A DNA stretch of 64,000 nt from Spirochaetia bacterium (GCA_963662265.2 CAXXHA010000032.1:112144-176143), one strand, 5' to 3'. Counted from the stretch's first letter, positions 39,333 through 49,632 are shown. The notes: a model not told the origin generated them from the sequence alone. Numbers and translations: made by a program.

Positions 39333-40295
39333 TCAATATTTAAATTCATATATATTACGATCAACAATGTTTATCAACTGTTTTCCTTCAATATATGCTT
39401 TAATGTTTTGTTCAATAATAGAAAGAGTTTTATTTAATGTGTGAGGAAGAAAATCATGCCCTGCAATATGAGGAGTTATTATTATGTTTTTAGTATTCCA
39501 TATTTTATGGTTACGAGGAAGAGGTTCATTTTCAAAAACATCTAATGCTGCTCCTGATATTTTATTGTTTTCAATCGCTTCACATAAAGCATTAATATCG
39601 AGAGTATTACCGCGGCCTACATTTATCAATACAGCATCCTGTTTAATTCTGGAAATCATTTCTTTATCCATAATATTTATTGTCTCTGGAGAAGACGGTA
39701 AAGACATGGAAACAATATCAGCACGATGTATAATTTTTGCCAAATCATTGAAAGAATACATCTCATCCGCATATTTATTGTTTTTATTAATAGACCTTCT
39801 AACACCAATAATGTGTACACCAAAAGCTTTAAGCATTTTTGCATACTGAGTTCCAATATCTCCCATGCCAAGTATCAAAACAGTAGCATCCTGAAGCATT
39901 TTTTCGTTGCCTTCATCATTCCATAAACAATTATTCTGGTTGTCCCTGTAAATATTCAGTTTTTTATACAGAGATAAAGTTAAAGCTAACATAAACTCTG
40001 ACTGGGCTTCCCCATAAGCACCGCTTGCATTAGTAACAATAACACTATCTTTCAGAATATTATCCTTAAGATATGCATCAGCGCCTGCAGTAATCAGTTG
40101 GATCCATTTCAGCTTTTCTGCGTGCTCCAATAATTCTAAAGGTGGATTCCCAATTATTATTTTCGAATTTGATATTTGATCGTGGTTTATATTGCAATCT
40201 GATGCAAACTCAAAATCTATATATTTTTCAAACTGAGAAAGCTTATTTTTCTGGGAAAGATCAAGAGGAATAATAACAAGAACTTTGGTTTTCAT
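39333..40295 (-). CDS. D-2-hydroxyacid dehydrogenase family
   Basis: TAGAD, TNASG, GMGDIG, INVGRG, LDVFENEPLP, ITPHIAG. Confidence 0.92.
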   Translation of the reverse strand: MKTKVLVIIPLDLSQKNKLSQFEKYIDFEFASDCNINHDQISNSKIIIGNPPLELLEHAEKLKWIQLITAGADAYLKDNILKDSVIVTNASGAYGEAQSEFMLALTLSLYKKLNIYRDNQNNCLWNDEGNEKMLQDATVLILGMGDIGTQYAKMLKAFGVHIIGVRRSINKNNKYADEMYSFNDLAKIIHRADIVSMSLPSSPETINIMDKEMISRIKQDAVLINVGRGNTLDINALCEAIENNKISGAALDVFENEPLPRNHKIWNTKNIIITPHIAGHDFLPHTLNKTLSIIEQNIKAYIEGKQLINIVDRNIYEFKY

Positions 40296-40343
40296 AACAA
40301 TCCTATGCAATATTTAATATTATTTCACATTAAAAATACTTAT

Positions 40344-41192
40344 CTACAATCCCAGATAATAACCTTTGTTAAGAAAATCTTCCATTTCCTTAAGTGTATC
40401 AATTGCTCTGGAATGATCAAGCTGTGCTATTGCTGCAGAAATATAATTTATCAGACACATGGGAGCAACATAGGAATTTTTGAATGAAATGCCGCCGACA
40501 CTGCATGGTAAAATGATATCACCGTAATTTTCTATATCTGAAATATTCTGACTTGTAAACAGAATAACCTTAACATTTCTTTTTCTTAGCCATAATATTA
40601 AATTTGCGGTTGTTTTCGAGTATCTTGGAAATAAAAAAGCTACACAAATATCCTGTTCATTACAGCCGATCAATTCTTCAGGAAAGATCATTCCGACAGA
40701 CTGTACTAACCTTACATTGGGTCTTATCTGACCAAGACGGGAGGTCATATAATGAGCTAAGGCAAAAGAACTTCTCATACCAAGAACATAAACATTTCTT
40801 GCATTACTTACTTCATCAATAGTAACAGATAAATCTTTTTGAGATATTTTTGTCATTGTAGTTGTAATATCGGCTATATCATTCTGCATAGTATCCATAA
40901 GTAACTGGTCAGGTGTCCCTGTTTCGATTTTGTTAATCAATCTCTCTGGCAGACTTGCTTTTGTAACCAGTCCTTTCTGGACCTCCTTCTGCATATCGGA
41001 ATAGCCATTATATCCCATCATTCTTGCAAAACGGATAATCGTAGTCGTACTTACACCGATTTTCATTGCAACATCATCTAGAGTGGAAAAGGCAAATTTA
41101 TCTGGATTATCAATAAAATAATTAGCTACTGTTTTTTGTGAATACGTAAGATCATTAAACCGCTCTGCAACTTTATTTGAAAAATCAGACAT
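40344..41192 (-). CDS. MurR/RpiR family regulator (HTH + SIS)
   Basis: LTYSQKTVANY, GVSTTTIIRFARMMGYNGYSDMQ, GMRSSF, FPRYS. Confidence 0.93.
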   Translation of the reverse strand: MSDFSNKVAERFNDLTYSQKTVANYFIDNPDKFAFSTLDDVAMKIGVSTTTIIRFARMMGYNGYSDMQKEVQKGLVTKASLPERLINKIETGTPDQLLMDTMQNDIADITTTMTKISQKDLSVTIDEVSNARNVYVLGMRSSFALAHYMTSRLGQIRPNVRLVQSVGMIFPEELIGCNEQDICVAFLFPRYSKTTANLILWLRKRNVKVILFTSQNISDIENYGDIILPCSVGGISFKNSYVAPMCLINYISAAIAQLDHSRAIDTLKEMEDFLNKGYYLGL

Positions 41193-41219
41193 TTTCTTCC
41201 CCTGCTTTAAACCATTTTT

Positions 41220-41258
41220 AAAAGTATGTATAAATAAGTTATTATTTATACATACTTT
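41220..41258. terminator. AT-rich hairpin between the enolase-like gene and rpiR
   Basis: aaagtatgtataaataa-gtta-ttatttatacatacttt perfect inverted repeat. Confidence 0.5.
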
Positions 41259-41292
41259 ATCAATATTTTCTTCAGTTAGCTACTAAATTATT

Positions 41293-42564
41293 TTAAAATC
41301 TTACAATACTGCTAATATCTGTCATCTGACAACCGGGGGTTTCATCACATGCTCTCATCAGAAAATTAAGTTTATCTATCCTCTCTCCCGACCGAGGTGC
41401 TCCATTCTTCTGAAAAGCAACTTCAAGACCGACAGAAATATCCATTACAATATCACCGACAACTCCTCCTGACCTTCCTGAAGGAACTGTAAACATATTG
41501 TGTTCATTTGCAATTTTATGTGTTTCAAGAGCCTCTGTTATAGTACCGACCTGATTTGGTTTCAGGACAAATCCTTCAGCTGCATTAGTTTCTATTGCCC
41601 TATAAAGCCTTTCTTTGTTGGATGCTATAAGATCATCACCAATAATAATTGTTCTTTCAAGTTCTCTAACAGCCTTAGTATAATTTCCCCAATCATTTTC
41701 ATCCAGAAGATCTTCTATAAAAACTATAGGGAACTGTTCTGTCAGTTTTTTTGTATAGTCAATTATTGTCTGGGCTCCAACCCTTTCATCCTTAAGCAGA
41801 TATGTGTTTGTTTTTGCATCATACATTTCACTTGAAGCACAATCAAGAGCAAATGCCACTTTATCATGATACCCGCATTCATCAACTGCATCCTGCATTA
41901 ATTGCAATGCAATTACAGGATCATTTGTTGGAGTTGCCCAGCCATAAGATCGGGCAACCTGAGGTGTTTTCCCCATATATTTTTCAATTATTACCCCAAG
42001 TTTACTAAAAACCTTTACAGCTATTTCAACAGCTTCATATATAGTATCAGCTTTATAGGGGACAATAAGGAATTCGTTAAAAGCAAGGGTAACATCCCCA
42101 TATTTACCGCCATTTATAACATTAAAAGATGGAACTGGAACTGTCCTGATATCTCTTCCGCAGAGATATCTATAAGGAGTCATTTTTGAAATCTGAGAAG
42201 CTGCTCTAAGTGCAGCTATAGAAGTACTGCAGATAGCATTTCCCCCAAGCACGCTTTTATCAGAGGTACCATCCAGTTCAATCATTTTTCTGTCAAGAGC
42301 TTCCTGGTCCTGAATATCCATACCTATCAATGCAGGAGCAATAATTTTCTTCACATTTTCAACTGCTTTATGAACACTTAAACCATCATACTCAGAAGGA
42401 TTATTATCTCTCAGGACAAATGATTCATATTTCCCGACAGAACTCCCTGTCGGAGAACTTCCATAACCCTTAAATCCATTTTCTGTAGTAATATCAACTT
42501 CAACCATAGGACGGCATTTACAATCTATTATCTGCCTCGCTGTTACATTTTTAATCTTTTCCAA
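41293..42564 (-). CDS. Divergent enolase paralogue (lacks the catalytic acid Glu)
   Basis: Full-length enolase fold: DCASSE, IED, GDD, LKPNQVG, GRS; but GDEGG is replaced by ARSYG, NGGxH by NGGKY, and SHRSGET by SGRSGGV. Confidence 0.88.
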   Translation of the reverse strand: MEKIKNVTARQIIDCKCRPMVEVDITTENGFKGYGSSPTGSSVGKYESFVLRDNNPSEYDGLSVHKAVENVKKIIAPALIGMDIQDQEALDRKMIELDGTSDKSVLGGNAICSTSIAALRAASQISKMTPYRYLCGRDIRTVPVPSFNVINGGKYGDVTLAFNEFLIVPYKADTIYEAVEIAVKVFSKLGVIIEKYMGKTPQVARSYGWATPTNDPVIALQLMQDAVDECGYHDKVAFALDCASSEMYDAKTNTYLLKDERVGAQTIIDYTKKLTEQFPIVFIEDLLDENDWGNYTKAVRELERTIIIGDDLIASNKERLYRAIETNAAEGFVLKPNQVGTITEALETHKIANEHNMFTVPSGRSGGVVGDIVMDISVGLEVAFQKNGAPRSGERIDKLNFLMRACDETPGCQMTDISSIVRF

Positions 42565-42585
42565 TCTATCACTCTCCTACTTAAT

Positions 42586-43987
42586 TTATTTTTCAGGTAC
42601 ATACATTATGTTAAAATCACAGAGGTTTGTTCCTGTATTCCCTGTGAAAACAGTATCTTCAAGTTCTACCAATGCTTCATAACAGGAATGCCCCCTGAGT
42701 GATGCATGTATATCAACATTTTTTTCCAAAGCTGTTTTATAAGTTGTTGAATCAGTTATTCCTCCAGCTATATCAGCTGTTCCATCAGTACCTTCAGAAT
42801 CTATAGATAAAAGGCATGCACCTTCTGTTTTTGCAGCTAAAAGGGCAAAACTCAAAGTTTCTTCCTGTCCCCGGCCCGCCATGGCCTTTAATGGTATTGT
42901 TATCCAGAATCTTTGTAGTTGCCTCACCTGATGAAAGAATTACACAGGGAGCCTTAACAGGATTTCCATATTCCTGTATTTCCCTTGCAATAGATGCAAA
43001 TATTGTACCTACATCCCTGGCTTCTCCCTCCAGAAATGAGGTAAGAATTACAGCATTAATACCCATATCCTCTGCAATATGTTTTGCATATATACATGAA
43101 TCAGGAAGTGTATTCAGAAGGTAATATGTGTTATCAGGGAATGCTTTTGGAGTTTCCCCTTCAGGACCAGCATTCATAAGGTAATCAACAACATTTTTAG
43201 GAAGCCTGTCAGCCACATCATAATCACGGATAACAGCTCTTGCATCATCAAGAGTAGTCATATCAGGCCCCATAGGTGTACTTTTATATGCTGCATATGG
43301 AATTCCAATATCGCCTGTTGCTGCAGATCCTACAGCATCACTTATCCCGAACCCTATCAGTTCAGCACCTCGTTTCTGTATCCTTTTAGCAAGCATTCCC
43401 CCGTTAAACTGGGATATATGTCTTCTTATGGAATTTATTTCATAAATATTGGCACCTGACTTAAGCATTACATCAGTCACTGCAATTTCATCATCCAGAG
43501 ATATTCCATCTATAGGACAGCTCATCAGGGCAGAACTGCCTCCGCTTATAACAACAATAAAAAGGTCATCAGGTCCTGAATTATCCACTATTTCAAGTAT
43601 TTTTTTGCAGGCATTATAGCCAGCTTCATTGGGAAGGGGATGCCCCCCCACATAAACTTCTGTTTTATTAAAAACATCTGTTTCTTCTGCGATTTTTACA
43701 ATAGCAATACCACGGGTAAGCTTATCCCCAAGAATCTCATCTACTGCCATTGCCATATGGTTACAGGCTTTCCCCGCACCCAGAAGATATATATTTTTCT
43801 TTTTTGAAAGGTCCCAGCTTTTTGTACCTATATGGAGAATATCTCCATCCAGATGCATGATGCTTTTAATCCTTTCTTTAGAATCAAGTTTCTGAAGCGT
43901 TTTTTCAGTAATGTCCAGTACTATCTCCCTGGATTTTTTATCTCCATGTGATAATATCTGTTCTCTGTTGCGTATTTTGACCGACAT
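42586..43987 (-). CDS. MOFRL/DUF4147 glycerate 2-kinase family; +1 frameshift near 42870 (probable sequencing error)
   Basis: GAGKA, GHPLP, ISGGSSAL, GEAT..GHGGPG|QE..DSEGTDG..AGG..TGNTGTNLCD. The two ORFs join if one G is removed from ccgggg. Confidence 0.85.
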
Positions 43988-44101
43988 TTCAAACTCCTTC
44001 GGTTTATTTATCATGTTTTGTATATATTACTATATGTTGCAGTATTAACTACTTTGATATAAAACATATTAACTATACTTCTATATCATACTATGGTTAT
44101 T

Positions 44102-45397
44102 TTACGTTTCTGACAGTTCAGGCAAGCTCTTCTGAGACTGCGGATAAAATAGAATCTTCGGATTGTCCTTAGCAGACAAATCTACCGCTTTATTAATCAT
44201 ATCATTAACATTTTCAGCCGGAATCATGTGCAGTTTTTCTATTTCAGATTTTGAAATATTGGGAGAATATACAACTATATTAACATTTTTCTTAAGTATC
44301 TTTGAAAGCAATAATGAATGGTCCATTTGGATCCTGTAATTATCTTTCAGATAATCAATAACCCCCTCAAGAGAAGGAGACTGTTCAAATGGCTTCATCA
44401 TATCTGGTGAATTTATCCCCTCCCGACATTCACAGTAAAGAGCAACTGTAATTGAATCATCGAGTATATCTGTAAGTGCTATAAGAGCCTTTACTGACTG
44501 ATAAAAATCAATATTAAGAGGACTACCAGGTGTTGTTACAATGATATCAGGTTTCTTGAAACTGTTCTTGCAATACTTTCTAAGATAATTCACCGCTGTC
44601 TTATGTGATAAAAGCATTGGCCCTGAAAAAACTGCGGCTGTCTGGTTAACAGAATTCTGAACAAAATTAACACAAAAGTCGAGACGGAAAAACTCTGCTG
44701 TTTCTATCATGTCATTACTTACAGGATTTCCCTCCAGACAACCAGGTACGGCCTTTTCCGAAGAAATCATTTTAACTGAATGATTTGTAAGAATAGTTTT
44801 TTCAGAAGAAATTCCAGGCAATACAGATTTTCTACCTCCTGAAAAACCTGCGAATTCATGCGGTTCCACTTTTCCAATTGAAACATGGATATCACATTCA
44901 TAAGCCCTTTTGTTAACCTCAACAGGAGTACCAAATGAGGTTATACCCAGGTTTATCAGATTACTGCTATCAAAAGGGGTATGGTTTTCTATTCTCATCT
45001 TGGAATAAAGTTCCGGCCCGATTATTTTCAGCATTTCCTCTTCTGTTGCCTCCCTGTGGACACCAAGAGCAACAATAAAAAGTATATCTGACAATGTTAT
45101 TCCACCGTCTGTCAACTCCTTTACTATTATTTCAGCAGCGCTTTGTGTCGGTACATTTCTGGTTGCATCTGAGACAATTATACATGCACTTTTTGCATTA
45201 CGTTCAAGTACAATATCCTTAAGCCGCTTCCCCCCCAGAGGGTTATAAATACTGTTTAAAAATTCCTTTTCATTTATTGCAGTAATATCGCTATTTCCTG
45301 TTACCCCTGCAAAACATACTTCAGGAATTTCTATTGAGATTTTTTCCACTTCATCCTTATAATGAACTTTGTTATCAGCAATAGAAATAGAATACAT
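44102..45397 (-). CDS. LarA-family nickel-pincer-dependent alpha-hydroxyacid racemase/epimerase
   Basis: SDATR, ALGVHR, PHEFAGFSGGRKS, NH and FYQSVK motifs. Confidence 0.9.
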   Translation of the reverse strand: MYSISIADNKVHYKDEVEKISIEIPEVCFAGVTGNSDITAINEKEFLNSIYNPLGGKRLKDIVLERNAKSACIIVSDATRNVPTQSAAEIIVKELTDGGITLSDILFIVALGVHREATEEEMLKIIGPELYSKMRIENHTPFDSSNLINLGITSFGTPVEVNKRAYECDIHVSIGKVEPHEFAGFSGGRKSVLPGISSEKTILTNHSVKMISSEKAVPGCLEGNPVSNDMIETAEFFRLDFCVNFVQNSVNQTAAVFSGPMLLSHKTAVNYLRKYCKNSFKKPDIIVTTPGSPLNIDFYQSVKALIALTDILDDSITVALYCECREGINSPDMMKPFEQSPSLEGVIDYLKDNYRIQMDHSLLLSKILKKNVNIVVYSPNISKSEIEKLHMIPAENVNDMINKAVDLSAKDNPKILFYPQSQKSLPELSET

Positions 45398-45425
45398 TCT
45401 CTAAATACCTCAATATCCTGTTCTA

Positions 45426-45460
45426 AAAATGTGCTCTGATAAATCAGAGCACATTTTTTT
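45426..45460. terminator. Intrinsic terminator/hairpin between dctQ and the larA-like gene
   Basis: aaaaatgtgctctgat-aa-atcagagcacattttt. Confidence 0.6.
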
Positions 45461-45474
45461 AATTATAGTATCTG

Positions 45475-46023
45475 CTAAACATCCTCAGTAATAAGACCGG
45501 TATCTTCAATTTCATGATCAGATATACCAACAACGGCGGCTTCTTCGCCAGGTCTGAATAAATCAAAGAGAATATTTCTCAATTCATACAAAGACATCAC
45601 AGCAAAAGAAACAGAAACTGCAGCATATTTTACAGCATAAGGAAATCCCAGAGCGGGAGTTACCCTGCTACCTGATCTGATTATCATAAGTATACCGATG
45701 TAAAAAACAACAACAGATGCCAGAAACATGATAATCTGAACACTGATGTTCATTATATGTTCCACTTTTTTGGGGAACATCTGCTTGAATACAACTATGC
45801 TTACATGTTCTCTACGAACAGCAATATAGGAGGCGCTCAAGAGACAAAACCATACCAGCAGTATTTTTAACAATTCTTCTGACCAGGTCAGCGAACTGTT
45901 TAATACATAACGGCTGAATATATGGAGCAGAGCAATTGCCAGCATACATATTCCTATAGCTATTATCATAATCATAACTATTCTGCCTGTCTTTCTAACA
46001 ACATTATTAAGAGTGTCTAACAT
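45475..46023 (-). CDS. dctQ: TRAP transporter small permease
   Basis: SRYVLNSSLTWSEEL, HVSI, TPALG; 4 TM segments. Confidence 0.92.
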   Translation of the reverse strand: MLDTLNNVVRKTGRIVMIMIIAIGICMLAIALLHIFSRYVLNSSLTWSEELLKILLVWFCLLSASYIAVRREHVSIVVFKQMFPKKVEHIMNISVQIIMFLASVVVFYIGILMIIRSGSRVTPALGFPYAVKYAAVSVSFAVMSLYELRNILFDLFRPGEEAAVVGISDHEIEDTGLITEDV

Positions 46024-46046
46024 AATACTCCTTCCCGATTATTTAA

Positions 46047-47123
46047 TTATTTTACACTTTTAGCTGTGTCTGCTTTTACAGCTTCAATCCCTGCGATGAA
46101 TTCATCTACAAATTCACTTCCAATTTCTTCTTTAACCTTATCAGAAACAACTGGCTGAGAAACTTTTTTTATAGCTTCAAGATTTGCCAGTGTCAAAGAA
46201 TTGACCTTCATACCTTTATTGGTGAGCTGTTCTACAATAAGTGCTTCCCTGTTCGCATTGATAAAACGGCTGTAATTCTGTCCGAGAATTGCACCTTTTT
46301 CAATGATTTTCTGATATTCTCCTGGAAGAGAGTTAAACCATTTAAGATTTGTCACAAGTGGCATAGCATCATAAATATGGTTGGTAAGAGATACATAATC
46401 CTGAACTTCATACATGTTTACTTCCCATATATTTGCAAGAGGATTTTCCTGTCCATCTACAATTTTCTGTGACATTGACAAATAAAGTTCAGACCAGGGA
46501 ACAGGTGTCGGATTTGCTCCGAGTGCAGAAAAATTTGCCATGTGCATTGGAGCTTCCATTGTTCTTATTTTAAGTCCTTTAAAATCATCTATTGACTTGA
46601 TAGGTCTTACATTATTTGTCGCATGCCGAAAACCATTTTCCATATAAGCAAGACCTTTTAAACCTGATTCTTCGAGTGTATCCATCAGATCTGAACCTAC
46701 TTTACTGTCAAAAGTAGCCCACGCCTGCTGGTAGTTATCAAAAAGAAAGGGAATATCAAGTACTGCAAATTTTTTATCAAAAGTTGTAATAGGTCCGATT
46801 GATGCAGTAGCCATTTCAAGAGTACCATTCTGAACCTGTTCAACTGATTCGATTTCAGCTCCCAGCTGGCTGTTGGGATAAATTTTGACCTCAACCTTTC
46901 CATCTGTTTTGTCTTCAATATATTCTTTCATAACACCCAGTCCTAGAGTCTGCGGGTGATCAAGAGAATTGCAAGCAGAAATTCTGATTTCAAAGGATCC
47001 AAGATCTTCAGCAGATCCTGCTTCTGCTTTTTTAGAATTTCCACCGCATGCTATTATTGAACACATAACAAGCAGCACCATTATCACCTTAAGTGATTTC
47101 ATAATAAAGTTTTGTTTTTTCAT
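46047..47123 (-). CDS. dctP: TRAP transporter substrate-binding lipoprotein
   Basis: Lipobox IIAC; YPNSQLG, ENGFRH, KGLKIRT (carboxylate-binding Arg), LGANPTP, VDGQENP. Confidence 0.94.
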   Translation of the reverse strand: MKKQNFIMKSLKVIMVLLVMCSIIACGGNSKKAEAGSAEDLGSFEIRISACNSLDHPQTLGLGVMKEYIEDKTDGKVEVKIYPNSQLGAEIESVEQVQNGTLEMATASIGPITTFDKKFAVLDIPFLFDNYQQAWATFDSKVGSDLMDTLEESGLKGLAYMENGFRHATNNVRPIKSIDDFKGLKIRTMEAPMHMANFSALGANPTPVPWSELYLSMSQKIVDGQENPLANIWEVNMYEVQDYVSLTNHIYDAMPLVTNLKWFNSLPGEYQKIIEKGAILGQNYSRFINANREALIVEQLTNKGMKVNSLTLANLEAIKKVSQPVVSDKVKEEIGSEFVDEFIAGIEAVKADTAKSVK

Positions 47124-47146
47124 TAGGTAATTCTCCTTTTTTTTTA

Positions 47147-48421
47147 TTAATAACCCATCATTTTTGGCAGAAACAGACTTATTTCTGGAACAAAAGTAAC
47201 GAGTAACAAAACACTAAAAGTTGTCAAGATAAACGGGATTGCCTCTTTGACAGTATCTTCGACCCTGACATTAGCAATAGGACTTGTAACGAACAATGTA
47301 ATTCCGAATGGAGGAGTTGCAAGTCCAACTACAAGATTGACACATATAACTACTGCAATGTGCAGCGGATGAATACCAAGCTTCCAGGCAATAGGAGCAA
47401 TTATGGGAGCAAGTATTACAATAGATGCATAATCATCCATAAAACATCCTGTTATCAGGAGAAGAATATTTACCATTAAAAGGAACATCCATGGGGGTAT
47501 TGAAGACAATGGCTCAATTACATAAGAGAGAACCTGCTCATTTGCAATTGCCCAGGCCATAACACTTCCGGCACCAGCTAGAAGGAGCACAAGACCCGAT
47601 GTTAAGGCGGCTTCCTTGAATATTTCAGGAATATCTTTAAGCTTAACAGACTTATTTACAAAGAAACCAAGAAATGCACTATATAAAACAGCCACTGCAG
47701 AGGCCTCTGTAATACTGAAGACTCCACCGAATATCCCACCAAGAATTATTACAGGAAGCATCAGTGCAGGAAGAGCTTTTTTTGCAGCAACAATTTTTTC
47801 TTTTAATGAAGTTTTAGGGAAAGAGGGATAATCTCTTTTTTTGGATACAAAGTGTGCAACAAGTATCTGCCCAAAAGCTATCATTATTGCAGGGACAATT
47901 GCAGTCAGAAAAACACCAGCTATTGAGGTATTACCAACAGCAATACAGTAAAGAATCATCAACACACTAGGAGGCATAATCGGACCTAAAAGTGATGCAG
48001 AAGCCATTACTCCTGATGCAAAAGCTGGGTTATATCCTTCTTTTTTCATCATCGGAATAAGAAAAACACCAAGAGATGCAGCAGCAGCAACAGCCAGACC
48101 AACAATTGATCCCATGAGTAAACTTGCCCCTATTGTCACAATTGCAACAGCACCTTTTGCCCTTCCAAAAAATACATTGACAAAATCAATAAGATTTTCT
48201 AACAGCTGCCCTTTAAGCATCAACTGCCCGGTTATTACAAAAAATGGAACTGCCAGAAAAGAAAAACTACTCATCCCCTCATACATTTTCTGACCTACAA
48301 GCATAATATCAAATCCGCTTGCTATCATGTAAACAAGAGAACTACTGATCAAGTTATAAGCTATTGGCAATCCACAGATCATAAGTACAAAGAAACATAT
48401 GATCATCAATAATAATTCCAT
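47147..48421 (-). CDS. dctM: TRAP transporter large permease
   Basis: FLAVPFF, IMPPS, GGVFSITEASA, GLATPPFG. Confidence 0.94.
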   Translation of the reverse strand: MELLLMIICFFVLMICGLPIAYNLISSSLVYMIASGFDIMLVGQKMYEGMSSFSFLAVPFFVITGQLMLKGQLLENLIDFVNVFFGRAKGAVAIVTIGASLLMGSIVGLAVAAAASLGVFLIPMMKKEGYNPAFASGVMASASLLGPIMPPSVLMILYCIAVGNTSIAGVFLTAIVPAIMIAFGQILVAHFVSKKRDYPSFPKTSLKEKIVAAKKALPALMLPVIILGGIFGGVFSITEASAVAVLYSAFLGFFVNKSVKLKDIPEIFKEAALTSGLVLLLAGAGSVMAWAIANEQVLSYVIEPLSSIPPWMFLLMVNILLLITGCFMDDYASIVILAPIIAPIAWKLGIHPLHIAVVICVNLVVGLATPPFGITLFVTSPIANVRVEDTVKEAIPFILTTFSVLLLVTFVPEISLFLPKMMGY

Positions 48422-48498
48422 AAAAAACCTTCCCCCCTTTCTAAGATTAGTTTTACCCTACCCCTGCTTTACATCAGTAAAACAGTCAATATAAATTT

Positions 48499-49632
48499 CT
48501 ATTTCCAGAATGCTTCTTCCCAGAGCAGGAGCTTCTGTCCTATTCCCTTTTCCAAAGCTTTTTTGTATATATCATAACCCCAGGCCACATCAAAAACTGC
48601 CATTCCACAGGCAACAAAAATTATTGTCTCATCATCGGAATTTCTGCCTTCTTTCTCTTTATTAACAATATCACCAAGCCCTGTAGACTCTTTGAGTGGG
48701 GGCAGTTTTCCATCATCAATAAGTGTATATATTGGTCCGCCTATGACTCCGCTGTAATACCCGGCTTTATCACCAGAAGCAACTGCTTCTTCAACATATG
48801 CCTCATGAAGAGGAACATGATCATATACAATTTTGCTTTCTTTCCACAGAGAATCATTTCCTTTTGCAGGTCCTGATAACAGGATAGTGCTTCCTTTTTT
48901 TACCCATGAAGAATCAATATGAAGAGGTTTCAGCCTTGAAGCAGCAACAGTCACAACATCCCCTTCTCTAACAGCTTCTTCTGCTGTTTCAACTGTATAA
49001 CCTTCTATTCCATATTCTTCTCTTGCCCAGTCAACCAGGTTCTGTGCCTTTTCCTGAAAGAGATCGAAACAAACAATTTTTTTTACATTATCAAGCTGAG
49101 ATAAAACAGCTCTTGTGCATGATTTATTTATAGGACCACATCCGATAACTGAACAGACTTCAGATTTTTTTCTAACAAGATGTCGTGTTGCAACGCCAGG
49201 AACTGCTCCTGTCCGCATAGCACTAATCAGGTTTGCTGACATGAAACTCAAAGGCTCTCCTGTATCCTTGTCATTCAAAAGTACAGTAAGAACTGAACGG
49301 GGCAACCCTTTTTCAGGATTTGCGGCATTTGATCCATACCATTTCACTCCGCATACATCAAACCTTCCTCCAAGATAGGCAGGCATTGCAACAAAACGTC
49401 TGTCAGGACCGGCTACCGGCATATTTGGAAATATTGTTTCTTTTGGAAAAACAAGCCCCATTCCATGACTGTTGTGATTACTTCCACCCATCAGATAATC
49501 ACCTTTACCAAGCAATGAAAATGTTTCTTCAGCTACATCTACACAGCTTTCCATTTCCAGTGCACCAGCCTCAATCATGTCTTTTTCAGAAAGATATAAA
49601 AAATCAGTTTTTTTTCCACCCATTTCCTTCAT
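48499..49632 (-). CDS. OCD/mu-crystallin family protein ('tyramine oxidase subunit B'-like)
   Basis: FLYLSEKDMI, NSHG..FP..FPNMPVAGPDRRFVAMPAYLGGRF..GVKWYGSN..GLPRS, ANLISAMRTGAVPG. Confidence 0.85.
   Translation of the reverse strand: MKEMGGKKTDFLYLSEKDMIEAGALEMESCVDVAEETFSLLGKGDYLMGGSNHNSHGMGLVFPKETIFPNMPVAGPDRRFVAMPAYLGGRFDVCGVKWYGSNAANPEKGLPRSVLTVLLNDKDTGEPLSFMSANLISAMRTGAVPGVATRHLVRKKSEVCSVIGCGPINKSCTRAVLSQLDNVKKIVCFDLFQEKAQNLVDWAREEYGIEGYTVETAEEAVREGDVVTVAASRLKPLHIDSSWVKKGSTILLSGPAKGNDSLWKESKIVYDHVPLHEAYVEEAVASGDKAGYYSGVIGGPIYTLIDDGKLPPLKESTGLGDIVNKEKEGRNSDDETIIFVACGMAVFDVAWGYDIYKKALEKGIGQKLLLWEEAFWK

Noticed and set aside
41293-42564. Housekeeping glycolytic enolase (eno)
   Set aside because: The catalytic acid and two conserved His residues are missing, and it sits in an accessory operon.
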